Below are positions 12,086-23,800 of a DNA stretch of 64,000 nt, in pieces. Numbering within the stretch: the first letter of the stretch is position 1; the number at the start of each line of letters is the position of its first letter. A model generated the notes under the pieces. It was given only the letters and a program-made list of their open reading frames with translations. It was not told the origin of the DNA and made no database searches. The translations under genes and the position numbers were made by a program. Origin of the DNA: Protoeuglena noctilucae (lineage: Eukaryota); NCBI GenBank assembly GCA_958009085.1, contig OY253682.1, forward strand, positions 868,001 through 932,000. The letters run 5' to 3'.

Positions 12086-15000
12086 TCACCCCCCCCGCGC
12101 ACCCCTCCCCGGCGACACCGCCATCCCCACCCCAATCGCCGCCCCACCCCCCACCACCGCAACCCCACCCTCGCGCACCCCCCCATCCACACCCCCCTCC
12201 CACGCCACCCCCACCCCATACTCCGCCCAGCCCCCATACCCATCCCGCGCCCCCTCACCCGCACCCCCATTTGCCACATGCGACAGCAAGGGAGGGGCGA
12301 GTGCAGCCGATTGCAACGGCGATACTGGCGACGGCGCATTGCCCTCCCCGCCGTTGCCGCTCGTCCCATTGGCCGCTGCTACCCCCCCGCCCCTCGCCCC
12401 CCGCCGCCCCCCCCGTGTTCTGACACCGCCCTCTGGCGGCGTCAGGGGCGGCACTGGCACTGGCGCGGGCACCCTCCCCGCGAAACTGACGTCAGGGTGG
12501 TGGAACTTGCACATTTGCCCGAACTTGCAGTGTCCCGTGTCGATGTAGTGCTTGCACAGGGGCTCGGACGGTCGTAGGGGCAGGGAGAGGGCGTTGAGGT
12601 CGATGCCGAATTCGGGTGGGTGGTCGAAGTGGCACTTGGAGCCGTAGCGACTGCGATGGGTGGGGTGGGGAGAGATGGTGTGAGTGAGAGTGACAAGGTG
12701 AGGGTGTGAGTGAGAGAGGGTGTGGGTGAGGGTGTGAGTGAGTGAGAAGAGGGGTGAAAGAGACTAGGCGATCACACACAGTACAGCCCCACACCCCATG
12801 CGCACTCACCAGTACCCCACTCGTTTGAAGAAGTCACAAACCGCCGCCCCCTCCCTCCTCGGGAAGAGGTGACGGGTGCTGCGTGGAGCAGACGCACTGC
12901 CACCCACACCACCGCCCATACCCACACCCACACCCCCACCGCTACCCGCACCGCCATTCACGCCACTCCCCACGCTGCCCAGCTCCCCACCCTCCTCCCC
13001 ACTCCCCGTCTCCTCCCTTCCCGACCCACTCGCCCCCCCTTCCCTCCCCATTCCCACCCCATTCCCATTGCTGTGATCTGCCACCATACCCCCATCACTG
13101 TCGTCACCCGCACCCGTACCCGCCACACCCACACCGCTCCCCACATCCCCGTTGTTGCTCACAGTATAGCCGTAAGTAACGGGTGGTATTGCCGGCACAG
13201 ATGGGGACAGTGGCACTGTGCTTGTACCCATACCCATGCCAATAGCAGTGGCAGTGGCTGTGGTGGGCCAAGCGCGGCGGTGGGCGGGGAGGTGGGGTAC
13301 AGGTGGGAGTGTGGCTGGCCTGGGGAGGTCTTTGAGGGGAGAGGAGCCGTCGGGGAAGAAGGGAGCAAGGTGGGGGTCGTCGGAGAGATGCTGCGGGGGA
13401 TGGGGGGGTTGGGATTGGTAGGGGTGGGGTTTGGTTGGTGAGTGTAGGAGTGGGGGTGGCAGTGGGGGTGGTATTAAGGGTGGCAGTGACGACCATCTTC
13501 CCCTCGATCGCCATGTCGCAGCAGTGCATTATTTTAATGCATCTCTAGTACATTACTAGTACATTTACATACAGTATCTATATTAACACCACCCCACTCT
13601 TGTCTCACCTAGATGGCCATGTAGTAGCAGTGCATGTATACACACATATAAAACTTAGTATATTTACAACAATATCCATTTATACCACCTCACCTCGACG
13701 GCCATGTAGTAGCAGTGCATGAGCAGGGACGGGAACCTTTTCGTGAAATACGACAGGAACCCCTCCGGCAGACTCCCTATGGTGGCCTTGAGTGTTTCTG
13801 GCATCTCCTTGTAGTGGCTTGCCTTGTTGCGGATCACGCGGAGGAGGTCGCGCAGCAGGTAGCCGTTGTACACGCTGGGGGGGAGTGGGGTGGTGGGGGG
13901 GTTATTGGTCAACAGTTGTTGTCAATAGTAATGGTGATGGTGGTGGTGGTGGTATTTGTTATTGTAAGCATACATCCACATCAACCATCACCACAAAAAG
14001 TAACTATATAACACCATCATTTATTAAAAACACACAATCTCACCGGTACGTCCCCAGGTTGGCCACCAGCTCCGCATCCAAATGCGCCAGCCAGTCCCCG
14101 TCAGACATCCCATCCACAATAGCCATTACAACAAACCATACATAGTATAATTATAAACCATATATTCCCTCACCGGTACGTCCCCAGGTTGGCCACCAGC
14201 TCCCCGTCCAAATGCGCCAGCCAGTCCCCGTCATACAACGCCGGCGCCCCCCGCTCCAACGCAGCGACCAGGTTCGCGTCTCCCCCGTGCCTGTCCTCGT
14301 TTTCCAGCCGATTGGAGAGCTCGATGAGGAATCGGAGTCGCTTGTCGGGGTGCCACCATGCCGGGTGGTGGAGGGACGCAGAGAGGGGGGGGCGGTGGCG
14401 GGGGTCCTGTGTGGGGAGAAAGGGAAGATTGGTTCATTGTTGATAGTGATAAAGTGGAAATGACAATCATATATACGAGTTGAATGGTAATGTAAAGGGT
14501 GGTGGAGGGAGGCGGAGAGGGGGGGGCGGTGGCGGGGGTCCTGCTTGGGGGTGTAGGGAGTAGCAATGAAGAAACGGCGATTGATAATTGCTAACAAATG
14601 ATAAGTAATTATCCTGGACCATTTAACCGTCACGCAAACCACCCCACACACCCCACTCTCACCTGCTGAATCATGCACCCAATCAGGTGCCGCATCTCCG
14701 GCAGATGCCCCAGCGCCTTGAGACTGTGTCTGTCCAGCATGATGTTCTGATCCCTCTCATACTCTCCCCCAAACGGGTGTAACCCTCCCGTCAGCAAGTA
14801 GTGCAGCAGGCAGCCCATCGAAAAGACGTCCACAGCGCGCGTCATGCGGTGGGGGGCGCCTGAGAGGAGGGAGGATGGGGTGTTTATTAGTTGGAGAATA
14901 TGTATTATAGTATGTATATTGTTAAAATTAGTCATGGACTAGGCTCAGCTCGCACCCCATGCCCCAGTCCAATCAATCACACTCACACTCACACCCGCTC

Positions 15001-18000
15001 CCGTCCCCTGCAATCGCAATCAGCAACCTCCCAAACATTCCACCCACCCCAGCTTAAACATCTAAATCCACTCATATTCAAACTCACCCCCGCTCCCCAT
15101 CCCCTGAGACGAGTCCTCCCCAGACCCCCCCCCCGCCCCGCCCCCGCCCCCCTCCCTCCCCCGCAGCTGCTCCGGCGCTTGCCACCCCGACGACCCAGCC
15201 GGGGCCATCGTTTCAAAACTGGACTGATCGGGTACCAATTTGCGTGATAGACCCATGTCACTGATCTTGGCTTGCAAGCGGAAGGGCCGGGACGGGGCGG
15301 GAAGGGCGGGGGCGGCGGTGAGGAGCACGTTGCGGGGCTTGAGGTCGCGATGGACGATGTCGCGGTGATGCAGGGCCGCGGTGCCCTGGGAATGGGGGGA
15401 GATGGGGGGTGAGGGTGGGTGAGGGGTGGTGAGGGTGCCAGTGGGGGTGGCAGTGGTCCAAGCACGCAACACACACAAACACCATCCACATCAACACTCA
15501 TTCGTTATTCAAATCCGCTCCCACTCCTCGCCTGCATGACGTCCATGGCCAGCGCCATGCACAGTTGCGTGGGCGCCCGTGTGACTGGGTCCACCAGCGC
15601 TGCCCCCCCCTCGGGGCTGATCACGTAATCCCCCAGGTTGCTCTGGCATCGTTCCAGTGCCAGATACACGAAGGTGCTGTCCTCCTCCATGGCGAAGTAC
15701 CTCACGATGTTGGGGTGGTCGTCGCTGGTGGTCAGCGTGCGGACCTCCTTCTCGGCCATCTGAGAGGGGATATGATAAGGATGATTGAGATGAGCGATAT
15801 AAAGGATATGTGTAGTATTTACAATTTGTCATCCCTCGCCTGCACCAGCTGCCTCAGCACACGCACAGACATCAAAACTCATCCTGACAATGATAATAAC
15901 AATATTGATAATAACACCATCCCCTCTTCTCGCCTGCACCAGCTGCCTCAGCATGCTTACATGTCAACACAATAATGATAATAATAGTAATAGTAGCATC
16001 AATTGCATGTTCCTCGCCTGCACCAGCTGCCTCAGCATGCTTACATGTCAACACAATAATGATAATAATAGTAATAGTAGCATCAATTGCATGTTCCTCG
16101 CCTGCACCAGCTGCCTCAGCATGCTTACATGTCAACACAATAATGATAATAATAGTAATAGTAGCATCAATTGCATGTTCCTCGCCTGCACCAGCTGCCT
16201 CAGCATGCGCTTCACCGCCACCGCCCTCCCGTCCAGCATCCCCTCAAACACAATCGTGCCCTGGCCGCCGTACCCCAATATCTTGTCCGTGAGCACCTGG
16301 GGAGGGGGGAGCAGAGAGGTGTGAGTTATATGATATAAAATAGTAATAGTAATAGTAATAGTGATATTAATAGAAATAGCGATAGTAATAGTGATAGTGA
16401 TAGTGATAGTGATAGTAACAGTAATAGTCATAGTACTAGTATCATTACTCAACAAACATATATACAGGGATATTGTCACCTGCATCTTCCCCACGTGCGT
16501 GACCCCATCCACCGTGTAACTCCGCCCCTTCTCTTTCCCCTTATCGTTCTCCTTATCCCTCTCCCTCTCCATTAAATGTTCGGTGGGCGCTTGCGATGCC
16601 TCCCTCTCTCGCTCCTTTTCCTTTGCCAGCAATGCGGCGGTGGTGGCGCGCTCCAACTGTTAAGGGGTGGGGGAGGGGGTGAGGGGGTGAGTGGGTGAGT
16701 GGGTAAGTAGATATGAGATTGGGGTAGCAGATGGGGGCAGCAGTGAGAGTGGCGGGTGAGTGGTGTGTGACACAGTGGGTGGGTTAGGGTCCGTTACCCT
16801 CACTCGAGCAACAACCCCAGTCTCACTCAATAAAACACTCTTATCTACCAGTCACCCATTTCACCCCATATCTACCCTCACCTGCGCCATGGCCCTCCGC
16901 ATATTGCGCCTCACCAGTCAAACAACCCCAATCTCTCACTTACCCTATAACAACCAATAACAAACAAACCACCACCAACACTCCCCATATCTCTCACCTG
17001 CGCCATGGCCCTGCGCATGTTGCGCCTCATCCTCGCCAGCGCCGTCGCCATCATTGCAACCAGAACCACCAATCCCACATTCACCACAAACAGCGGACTG
17101 CCCCACCCCATCCCCACCCCCATATCCCCCCACTCCCACTCCCCGCCCCCTACCGCCCCCCACCCCCTCTGCCCCCCATTCCCGCCCGTCCCCCATCCCC
17201 CGTTGATCAGAGCGTTGGGGTTATTCGTGGGAATCAGTGGAATAATCGGGTTTATTCCGGTGTTGCCGGAAACGGGGCCGGGGAGGGCGGGGGTGCGGAG
17301 GTCGGCGTGGATGGCCGAGCGGAGGTCCAGGACGCTGCAATTGGGTAAGGAAGTGGATAATTAGATTAGAAAAGTAATAATCCCCCATCCCCCCCCCCCC
17401 CCCCGCCCCTCATCTCACCGCATGGGGCGGCTGAGGGCGTCCATCCCCACTCAGTTATCAACCACTCACCAGGGATTACCGATCATCAATAACTGTCCAT
17501 CAATAATTAACCATCACTCACCGCGTGGGGCAGCTGAGGGCGTCCATCCCCGCCCGGTCCATGCACACCGCAAGGTCCCTGGCATCCTTGTCCAATACCG
17601 CCACCACGCCGTCCCCAGGCGCGGGCAACGCGAGCGGGCCGCCCGTGTGAGACATCCCCACCAGATGCGAAGTGGGGAGGGCAAACCAACCGGAGGAACT
17701 GAGTTGGGGGGAGGGGGGGTGTATGTGAATGATGTAAGTGTTATTCCATATACCAGTGTTACTGCATATACTACAATAGAGTGTTTTATGTAACTATGTA
17801 CGTATCCGAATAGACACGCTCCAACATCGCTCAACCCCACACCCGCACGCTTTATGCTCCCCCACACACAACAACTCACACACTACCCCTCTCCCCCACC
17901 CAACCTCCCCACTCACCCCCCCGCCAGCCTCCCCACCACCACCATGTCCCTCCCCACCCCCTGCTGCCCCACCCCCACGCCCACCCCCCCGCCACTCCCA

Positions 18001-20054
18001 TACAACGACAGATGGGCGCGCAATGCCCTCGTTGTCGGGTCTCTGGAATACACCACGACTGGCGGCGCGGGGAGGGCAGCCCGCCACGCATGCCAGCCAT
18101 ATGTGGCGTCGACCAGGTGCATGGAGTGGTCGCTTGTGATCAGCAGTTGGCCGAGGCCGGATGAAGTGCGGATGTGGGGGTGGTAGGGGATGCTGGAAGC
18201 ATCGGACCAGGAGCCCAGGCCTCTGAGAGTAAGGGGGGAGGGGGTGGGGGGGTTGTTGTGTGGGGGGGGGGGAGTGGGGGTGGTGTTGAGGGTGGCAGTG
18301 GGGGTGGTGTTAAGGGTGGCAATGCGGGTGGCAGCCGGTCACACAGAATGCATATACCATCCGAATACACTCCATATACACTCTATTACTGTGCACAGTA
18401 TACTCCACTCACTTGCTGGGGTCCATGACCAGCATCTCCCCGTAGGTGACGTTCCACCTCTGTGCGCCTGTCAATGTGTCGACCGATTGCACGCGATACT
18501 CTGCCCTGCCCAGGAAGACGGGGTCCAGAGATGAGGCGTCCACGTCGGGGTGACCGTCGCCGTCTGTAATGGGGGGGGTGAGGGGGGGTGGCAGTGAGGG
18601 TGGCAGTGAGGGTGGGGGTGTGCTCACACATACCATGCCATCTCACATCACCCATCCATATCACCCTCTCACCGAAGTCGAGCATGTCTTGCCGGTCCAT
18701 CGCATCGAACGCCCCGCTCCCCGGCCCCTCAAACACCCGCAGCAACGTCCCCGACCGCCCGTCCAGCATGTAGATGGCGGCACGGCGCGATGCGGTGATC
18801 ACGGCGCCGTCATCGGTCATAGATGGAGAGGCGTCGACCAGGTCACGCACGGTGAGGGGGAGGCGGACCTGGGGGGGGTGAGGGGGTGAGGGGAAGTGTG
18901 GTGGTGGTGAGGGGGTGAGGGGTGGGGGTGGCAATGTGGGTAAGGGGGCAAGTGCAAAGTCAAGGCCACCTGCAGTCACTGACTGCGACAATTGCTGTAA
19001 AGGAAACACCCCAGCATGCGCCAATTTCTCCCACATGGCCATCACAAACAGTCACGCAACCGTATGCACCCCTACTCACCACAGCGGGCGACCCTTTGCT
19101 GCGCATCGTGGGCGTGGCATAGAAATACAGAGACCCGTCTGCGCCTGGGAAGACGCGGGGACCCTGGGCCTCGTCACCACCGTTACTGTTCCTGTCACCA
19201 TCGCCACCAGCACCAGTATCGCCCCCACTGCCGCTCGCATCGCTGTCGTCTCCTCGGGGCGCAGAGGGGGCCGCGGACGCCACGAGGGGCTCTCCGGAGG
19301 AGAAGGACCACAGACGGGTGCCTGTGCGGGGGGAAGGGAGAGGTCCGGGGATCGAATCCCACGTGCGTCGGATCGTACCGAGCACTGCCGGGCGCTGCGG
19401 CCATGATTTAGACACAAAGCGCCATCCCCGCCATCCCCGCTCGCCTGTGTTGGCGTCCAGGGACACGACGGTGCCGTCCAGCAGCCCCACGATGATCTGG
19501 GTCGTCGGGGAGTCGCCGTCCAACCCAGGAGCATCGGGGGGCAGCGGCTCCCGCCTCTCCGCGAAGCGGTGCGACGACGCCGTCTCGTAGAAGGAAGTGG
19601 CATAGGAGGGAGCTATCGGGACGTCATCCGATGCGTCGTCCGGGCCCACCCCGGCCGCGGCGCGGCCCACATCCACGACGTCGACCGCCTTGGGACTGGA
19701 CCGCGACCAGTCGACGCGCGCGCCGGACGCGTTCCCGGCCACTGGGGAAGCATCTTCAAGGACGCCGGTCCTGGACGACACCGACTCGAGGACTGCGGGC
19801 GCGAAAGCAAGCGGAGGGGTCCCGAAACACGCTCGCGCCCCCCTCTTCGCGGGCGCGGAGTGGGTGTCTCGGTCTCGCGCGACCGCCGCGGACTCTTTGT
19901 CAAGCAAGGAGAGCATGAGCAGGTTCGAAGGCCGCGACGGATGCAGGCGCGAGACGCGGGGGCCCATGAGGGAACGCGCGCCCCATGGCTCGCCCACTGC
20001 GCTGCGCGCGGGCCGCGTGCGCAGGACAGGCACACATCGCACTCTCGAGCGCAT
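12086..20054 (-). CDS. IRE1: IRE1 kinase/endoribonuclease with C-terminal tandem CCCH zinc fingers; start approximate
   Basis: Luminal domain (IVGLLDGTVVSLD, FPGADGSLY, LVDASPS, GRAEYRV), TM segment (~17040-17090), kinase (ILGYGGQGTIVFEG, HRDLKPRNVL, KISDMGLSRKL, GSSGWQAPEQL), KEN RNase (RDLLRVIRNKASHYKE), then two C-x8-C-x5-C-x3-H motifs. Confidence 0.92.
15929..16208. repeat. Intronic tandem repeat (~87 bp x3) containing the IRE1 exon end cctcgcctgcaccagctgcctcagcatgc
   Basis: Near-identical units are directly visible; partial copy at ~15833. Confidence 0.9.
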
Positions 20055-20504
20055 CGCAACGCGAACTCGCGTCGCAGGTCGGGTCCAGCAGAGGCTTCGC
20101 GAGCGCGGGCCCCCACCGTGAGCTTGACCGACGGAAGCCGGCCGGACCTCCTGGACCTTGACCATATCAGATTGACATCAAAGGCGCTGCCACCATGTGG
20201 CCCAAGGGCGCCCCGCGAGGGACCAGGAGAAACCTCGTTGCGGCAAAGGAGTCCGACGCGAATTTCGATGACAGGCCGCGACGATTTGATGCGTGCACCA
20301 TTCACCGGGTCCTGTGAAGTCGGCGAGGGACCGTGTGCTGCACAACTGGCTGTGTGTCCTGGGAGTCGTCCTGGGATCGCCGGCAGCGTCCCGGACGTCG
20401 GCAATTCCGTGTTTCTGCACCCCCTATAACCCCACGTCCCTGTCCTCTGCGTCACACGTAGCCATGGCGGGCGCAGTGCCCCGGACGGACCTGATCGAGG
20501 TCTC

Positions 20505-20522
20505 TTCTTCTTTCTTTTCTTT

Positions 20523-20558
<36 letters not shown>

Positions 20559-20559
20559 T
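20505..20559. repeat. (TTTC)n microsatellite flanked by direct repeats gaggtctc
   Basis: Directly visible; gaggtctc at 20497-20504 and 20575-20582. Confidence 0.9.
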
Positions 20560-20582
20560 AATGAGGTCTTTTATGAGGTCTC

Positions 20583-20790
20583 GGTCAGCAACCACAGGGC
20601 CCCAAAGGGCAGGAGTCCTACCCCCGTTCGCCCCAGAGCATGCGCTAAGCCTAACGGGCTAGGCTCGGCGCACAAATTCACCCGGTGCGCACCGGGCTTG
20701 GCCAAAGGCTGCATATCACAGGCAGCTTCCGATGCACCCCTCGGTGCCAGAGCGGGTGGCCCACCGCCTCACGAGACCACCCGCCCGCTA
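20583..20790 (-). ncRNA. Candidate Fanzor omega-RNA scaffold (cluster of hairpins)
   Basis: At least six stems in ~200 nt, ~315 nt downstream of the Fanzor stop; two stems pair fully (G:U) only on the minus strand. Confidence 0.45.
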
Positions 20791-20834
20791 AAACTGGGAT
20801 AGCTAAACTGGGAAAAACTGGGACTCTCCCCTGA

Positions 20835-23800
20835 CTAGCTTAACTGTACACGGTCGGCCGCGTCACTCCCTCCCGCGCCATCCCCGCCAACGCAGCCACA
20901 TGAAACCTGCGAGAGAAAGGGACACGCTTGATCTGTCACGGACCGAATCCAATGCACAGAGCAAGTTGACAGAGTAGGGAACGCGGGCCGCATGTCACGC
21001 ACACGCACGCACGCACGCACGCGCGGTCGGTCGCGGCCAAGCTCACCCGACCAACTCCCCGACCCCGCTGCCCGCCCAGGGCCTCCGCCCTCCCCCGGAG
21101 CGGGGTCAACCCGCTCCACCACCGCGCGGCCTCTTGCGCCTGGGCGCACCCACGGCCCCGCCCACCCCCTCGCCCCCACCACCCCCCTCGCCCCCGCCCC
21201 GCCCACCGCCCCCCTCTCCCCCGCCCCGGGCGCGTACCCGCCCACGGCGGCGGGCCCGCCCGCGGCCCGCCTCGCCGCCACCGCTCCCCTCGCTCCCGTC
21301 ATTCCCGCCCCCGCCGCCACCGCCACCGCCACCGCTGCCCCTACCGCCGCCCCCACCGCCCCCCTCGCCCCCCTCACCCCCGCCCCGCCCACGGCCCCGC
21401 CCCCGACCGCGCCCACGGCCCCGCCCAGCGCGTCCCTGCCTACCGCCGTCCCCGTCCCCGTCTCCGTCCCCGTCACTCCCGCCCCCGCCCCCACCCCCGC
21501 CCGCGAGTGCCTCGACCCGCTTCTCCACGTACTTGCGGTAGTTGTGCGCGATCATGACGGCCGCATTCCCGTCGCGCTCCACGAGGGCGCGATCTACGCC
21601 GACGGGCACCGTGATGCGGGAGTATCGGTAGCTCCCGTGCGCGTGGGCGAAGGGGCAGGTGAGCCACCGTCGCGCGTGGTACTGAATCTCCCCGTGAGCG
21701 AGAGGAGGGGCGTCCCCGAGGCCGAGGTCGGCCGCCGTCGTGGCGCGCATGCGTACGTCGACGCCGTCCACGTCCGGGTCTGGCGGGATGACGTGTCCAG
21801 TCGCGTTGAACTTGAGCGCGTCTCGGAAGCAGTAGTGTACTTGAGATGTGTAGCGCTCATCTTGCTGCGGGAAATAAGAACACCGCGTCAAGTGGGGATG
21901 GGTCGGGTCATGCGCGTCGACGCAAGCCGAGCCGGTGTTCAGCCCCACGCAGAGCGGCACAACGAGCACAGGATACGCAAGCAGCCACAGAGAAGACGCG
22001 CGACGCGACGTGGAGGGGGCCCCACCCACCAAGCCAAGGCGCGAGCGGAGCCGGCGCACTCACCCACACGCCCGTGACCCACGTGGGAGCGACGTTGATG
22101 CGGTGGGCCGCGAGGCGCCTCCTGCTGCACTCATTGTACAGCTCGCGGATGAGCGCCCACACGGCGCGCGTGTTGGGCATGGCCGGAACGCCGCGCACGT
22201 TGTTGCCGTACAAGGGGGCGTTGCCAAAGGCCACGATGACGTTGAAGTGGGGGAAGCGCTTGAAGATCCGAGGACGCCACATCTGCCCCGCGATGGAGCA
22301 GATGCGCCGGCCCCGAGCCATCTTCATGCGGGCCCCCGTCACGTCGCGATTGTAGATGGAGTCCGTCACCACGCAAGGCCTCTTGGGGCTCGTGTTGGGG
22401 TTGCCCGGCCCGCGGACGGCCATGTCGCGACAGTACCGCGCCAGCGTCACGCCGTAGCCCGGCCCGCGCCTCCACCCCGGCATGATGGTCTCGAAGCGCC
22501 CGAGGCGGACCGGGACGCCGGTGCCGACGTCGAACAAGAGGTACCGCTTGAGCTCTCGGAGCCACTTGTCGTAGACGGACCGGAGAGACCGGTGCATGTA
22601 GGACTTGCCGTCCACCTCCCAGATCTTTATGACCGGCTCGCCGTCGTCGTCGAAGTAGAGCACCACGGAGACCGTCACGATGCGCTTCTTACCGGGGTCC
22701 ACCCCGATGATGATCGTCAGCCGTCGATCCAGGACCACCTGTGGGAGGGGAAGAGGGGGAGGGTCGAGGGATTGAGGTGCAGTCCGGTCCCGGGCGGCCG
22801 GCAAGGAAGCACGGGGGGGCACGGCATGACAAGCACACGGCAAGCCCCATCTCATCACCGCAGCGGGCCGGCCAGGCGCGACCCGCCTCTCACCTCGTAC
22901 GAAGCGACGCCTTCGCCGGGCTGGGGGAGGGGGTCTGGCCGAAGTGGGTCGGCGCCGACCTATCAAGCGCCCGCCCCGTGCGTCGGTTCCGCGGGCTGCG
23001 GTTCCACGCGTTCGCGGGGGATCCCCTGGCGGCCTGGAGGTTGAGGCAGACTTTCACCCCATCTGTAGTGACTTGCGCGAGTCGCGGGGGAGGAGCCCAA
23101 GAATCGTCCGCGCCCTCCGGCCGGGGCGGGTCGAGGTGCTCGTAGCACCCCCCGCGGCCGGAGAGGGGGCGGCGTCGGTTGAAATTCCTCCCGGCGGCGC
23201 CGAGCTTCTCCGCGGCGCGCCGGCACTTGCGCCGCGTCGCGTTGGCGACCTTACGCATGTCCCGCGCCGACGCGCGGAACATGGCCTCGAAGCGGCAGCG
23301 CAGGACGTCCGTGGGGACCACCGAGGAGCCCTGGAACTCTTGATGGATGTACGGCTGCTTGCCCGGGGGCTGGGCCACGTTGCGGCGGGCCGTGAGGAGG
23401 CGGCACCGGGCGGACTCGAGGTTGGTCTCGGCCGCGCCGAGGATGGCGTCCGCCGCGTCCCCCAAGCGCCTCCGCGCGTCCGCCAACCGGTCCCCATGAC
23501 CGCCGGCGAACTGCAGCGTGCACGCCTGGCCCACGCGGTCGAGCCCGAAGTCGACGTGGCCCCTCGCGGTGTCCGCATGCTCGTGCGCGGCCGAGCGGCG
23601 CGGGAGGTCCCGCTGGTCTTCGTGGATGGCGCGTCGGACGTCCACTCCCACCCCGGCGAGGCGCTGGGCCCAGTCGCGCACGCGTTGCCACGTCCACTCC
23701 CCCGCGGGCACGGCGAGGAGCTCGGCCCGCGCCGCCTCCGCCGCGTCGACCAGGTCGTGCGCGCCGTCGTGTCGCGCGGCCACGATCGCCTCGCGCGAGA

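Noticed and set aside
15929..16208. Regularly spaced repeats resembling a CRISPR array
   Set aside because: The spacers are identical, the repeat is an IRE1 exon end, and the context is a eukaryotic intron
20480..20600. Hammerhead ribozyme (Penelope-like element)
   Set aside because: ctgatcga and ctgaccga do not match the CUGANGA core and no proper three-stem junction was found
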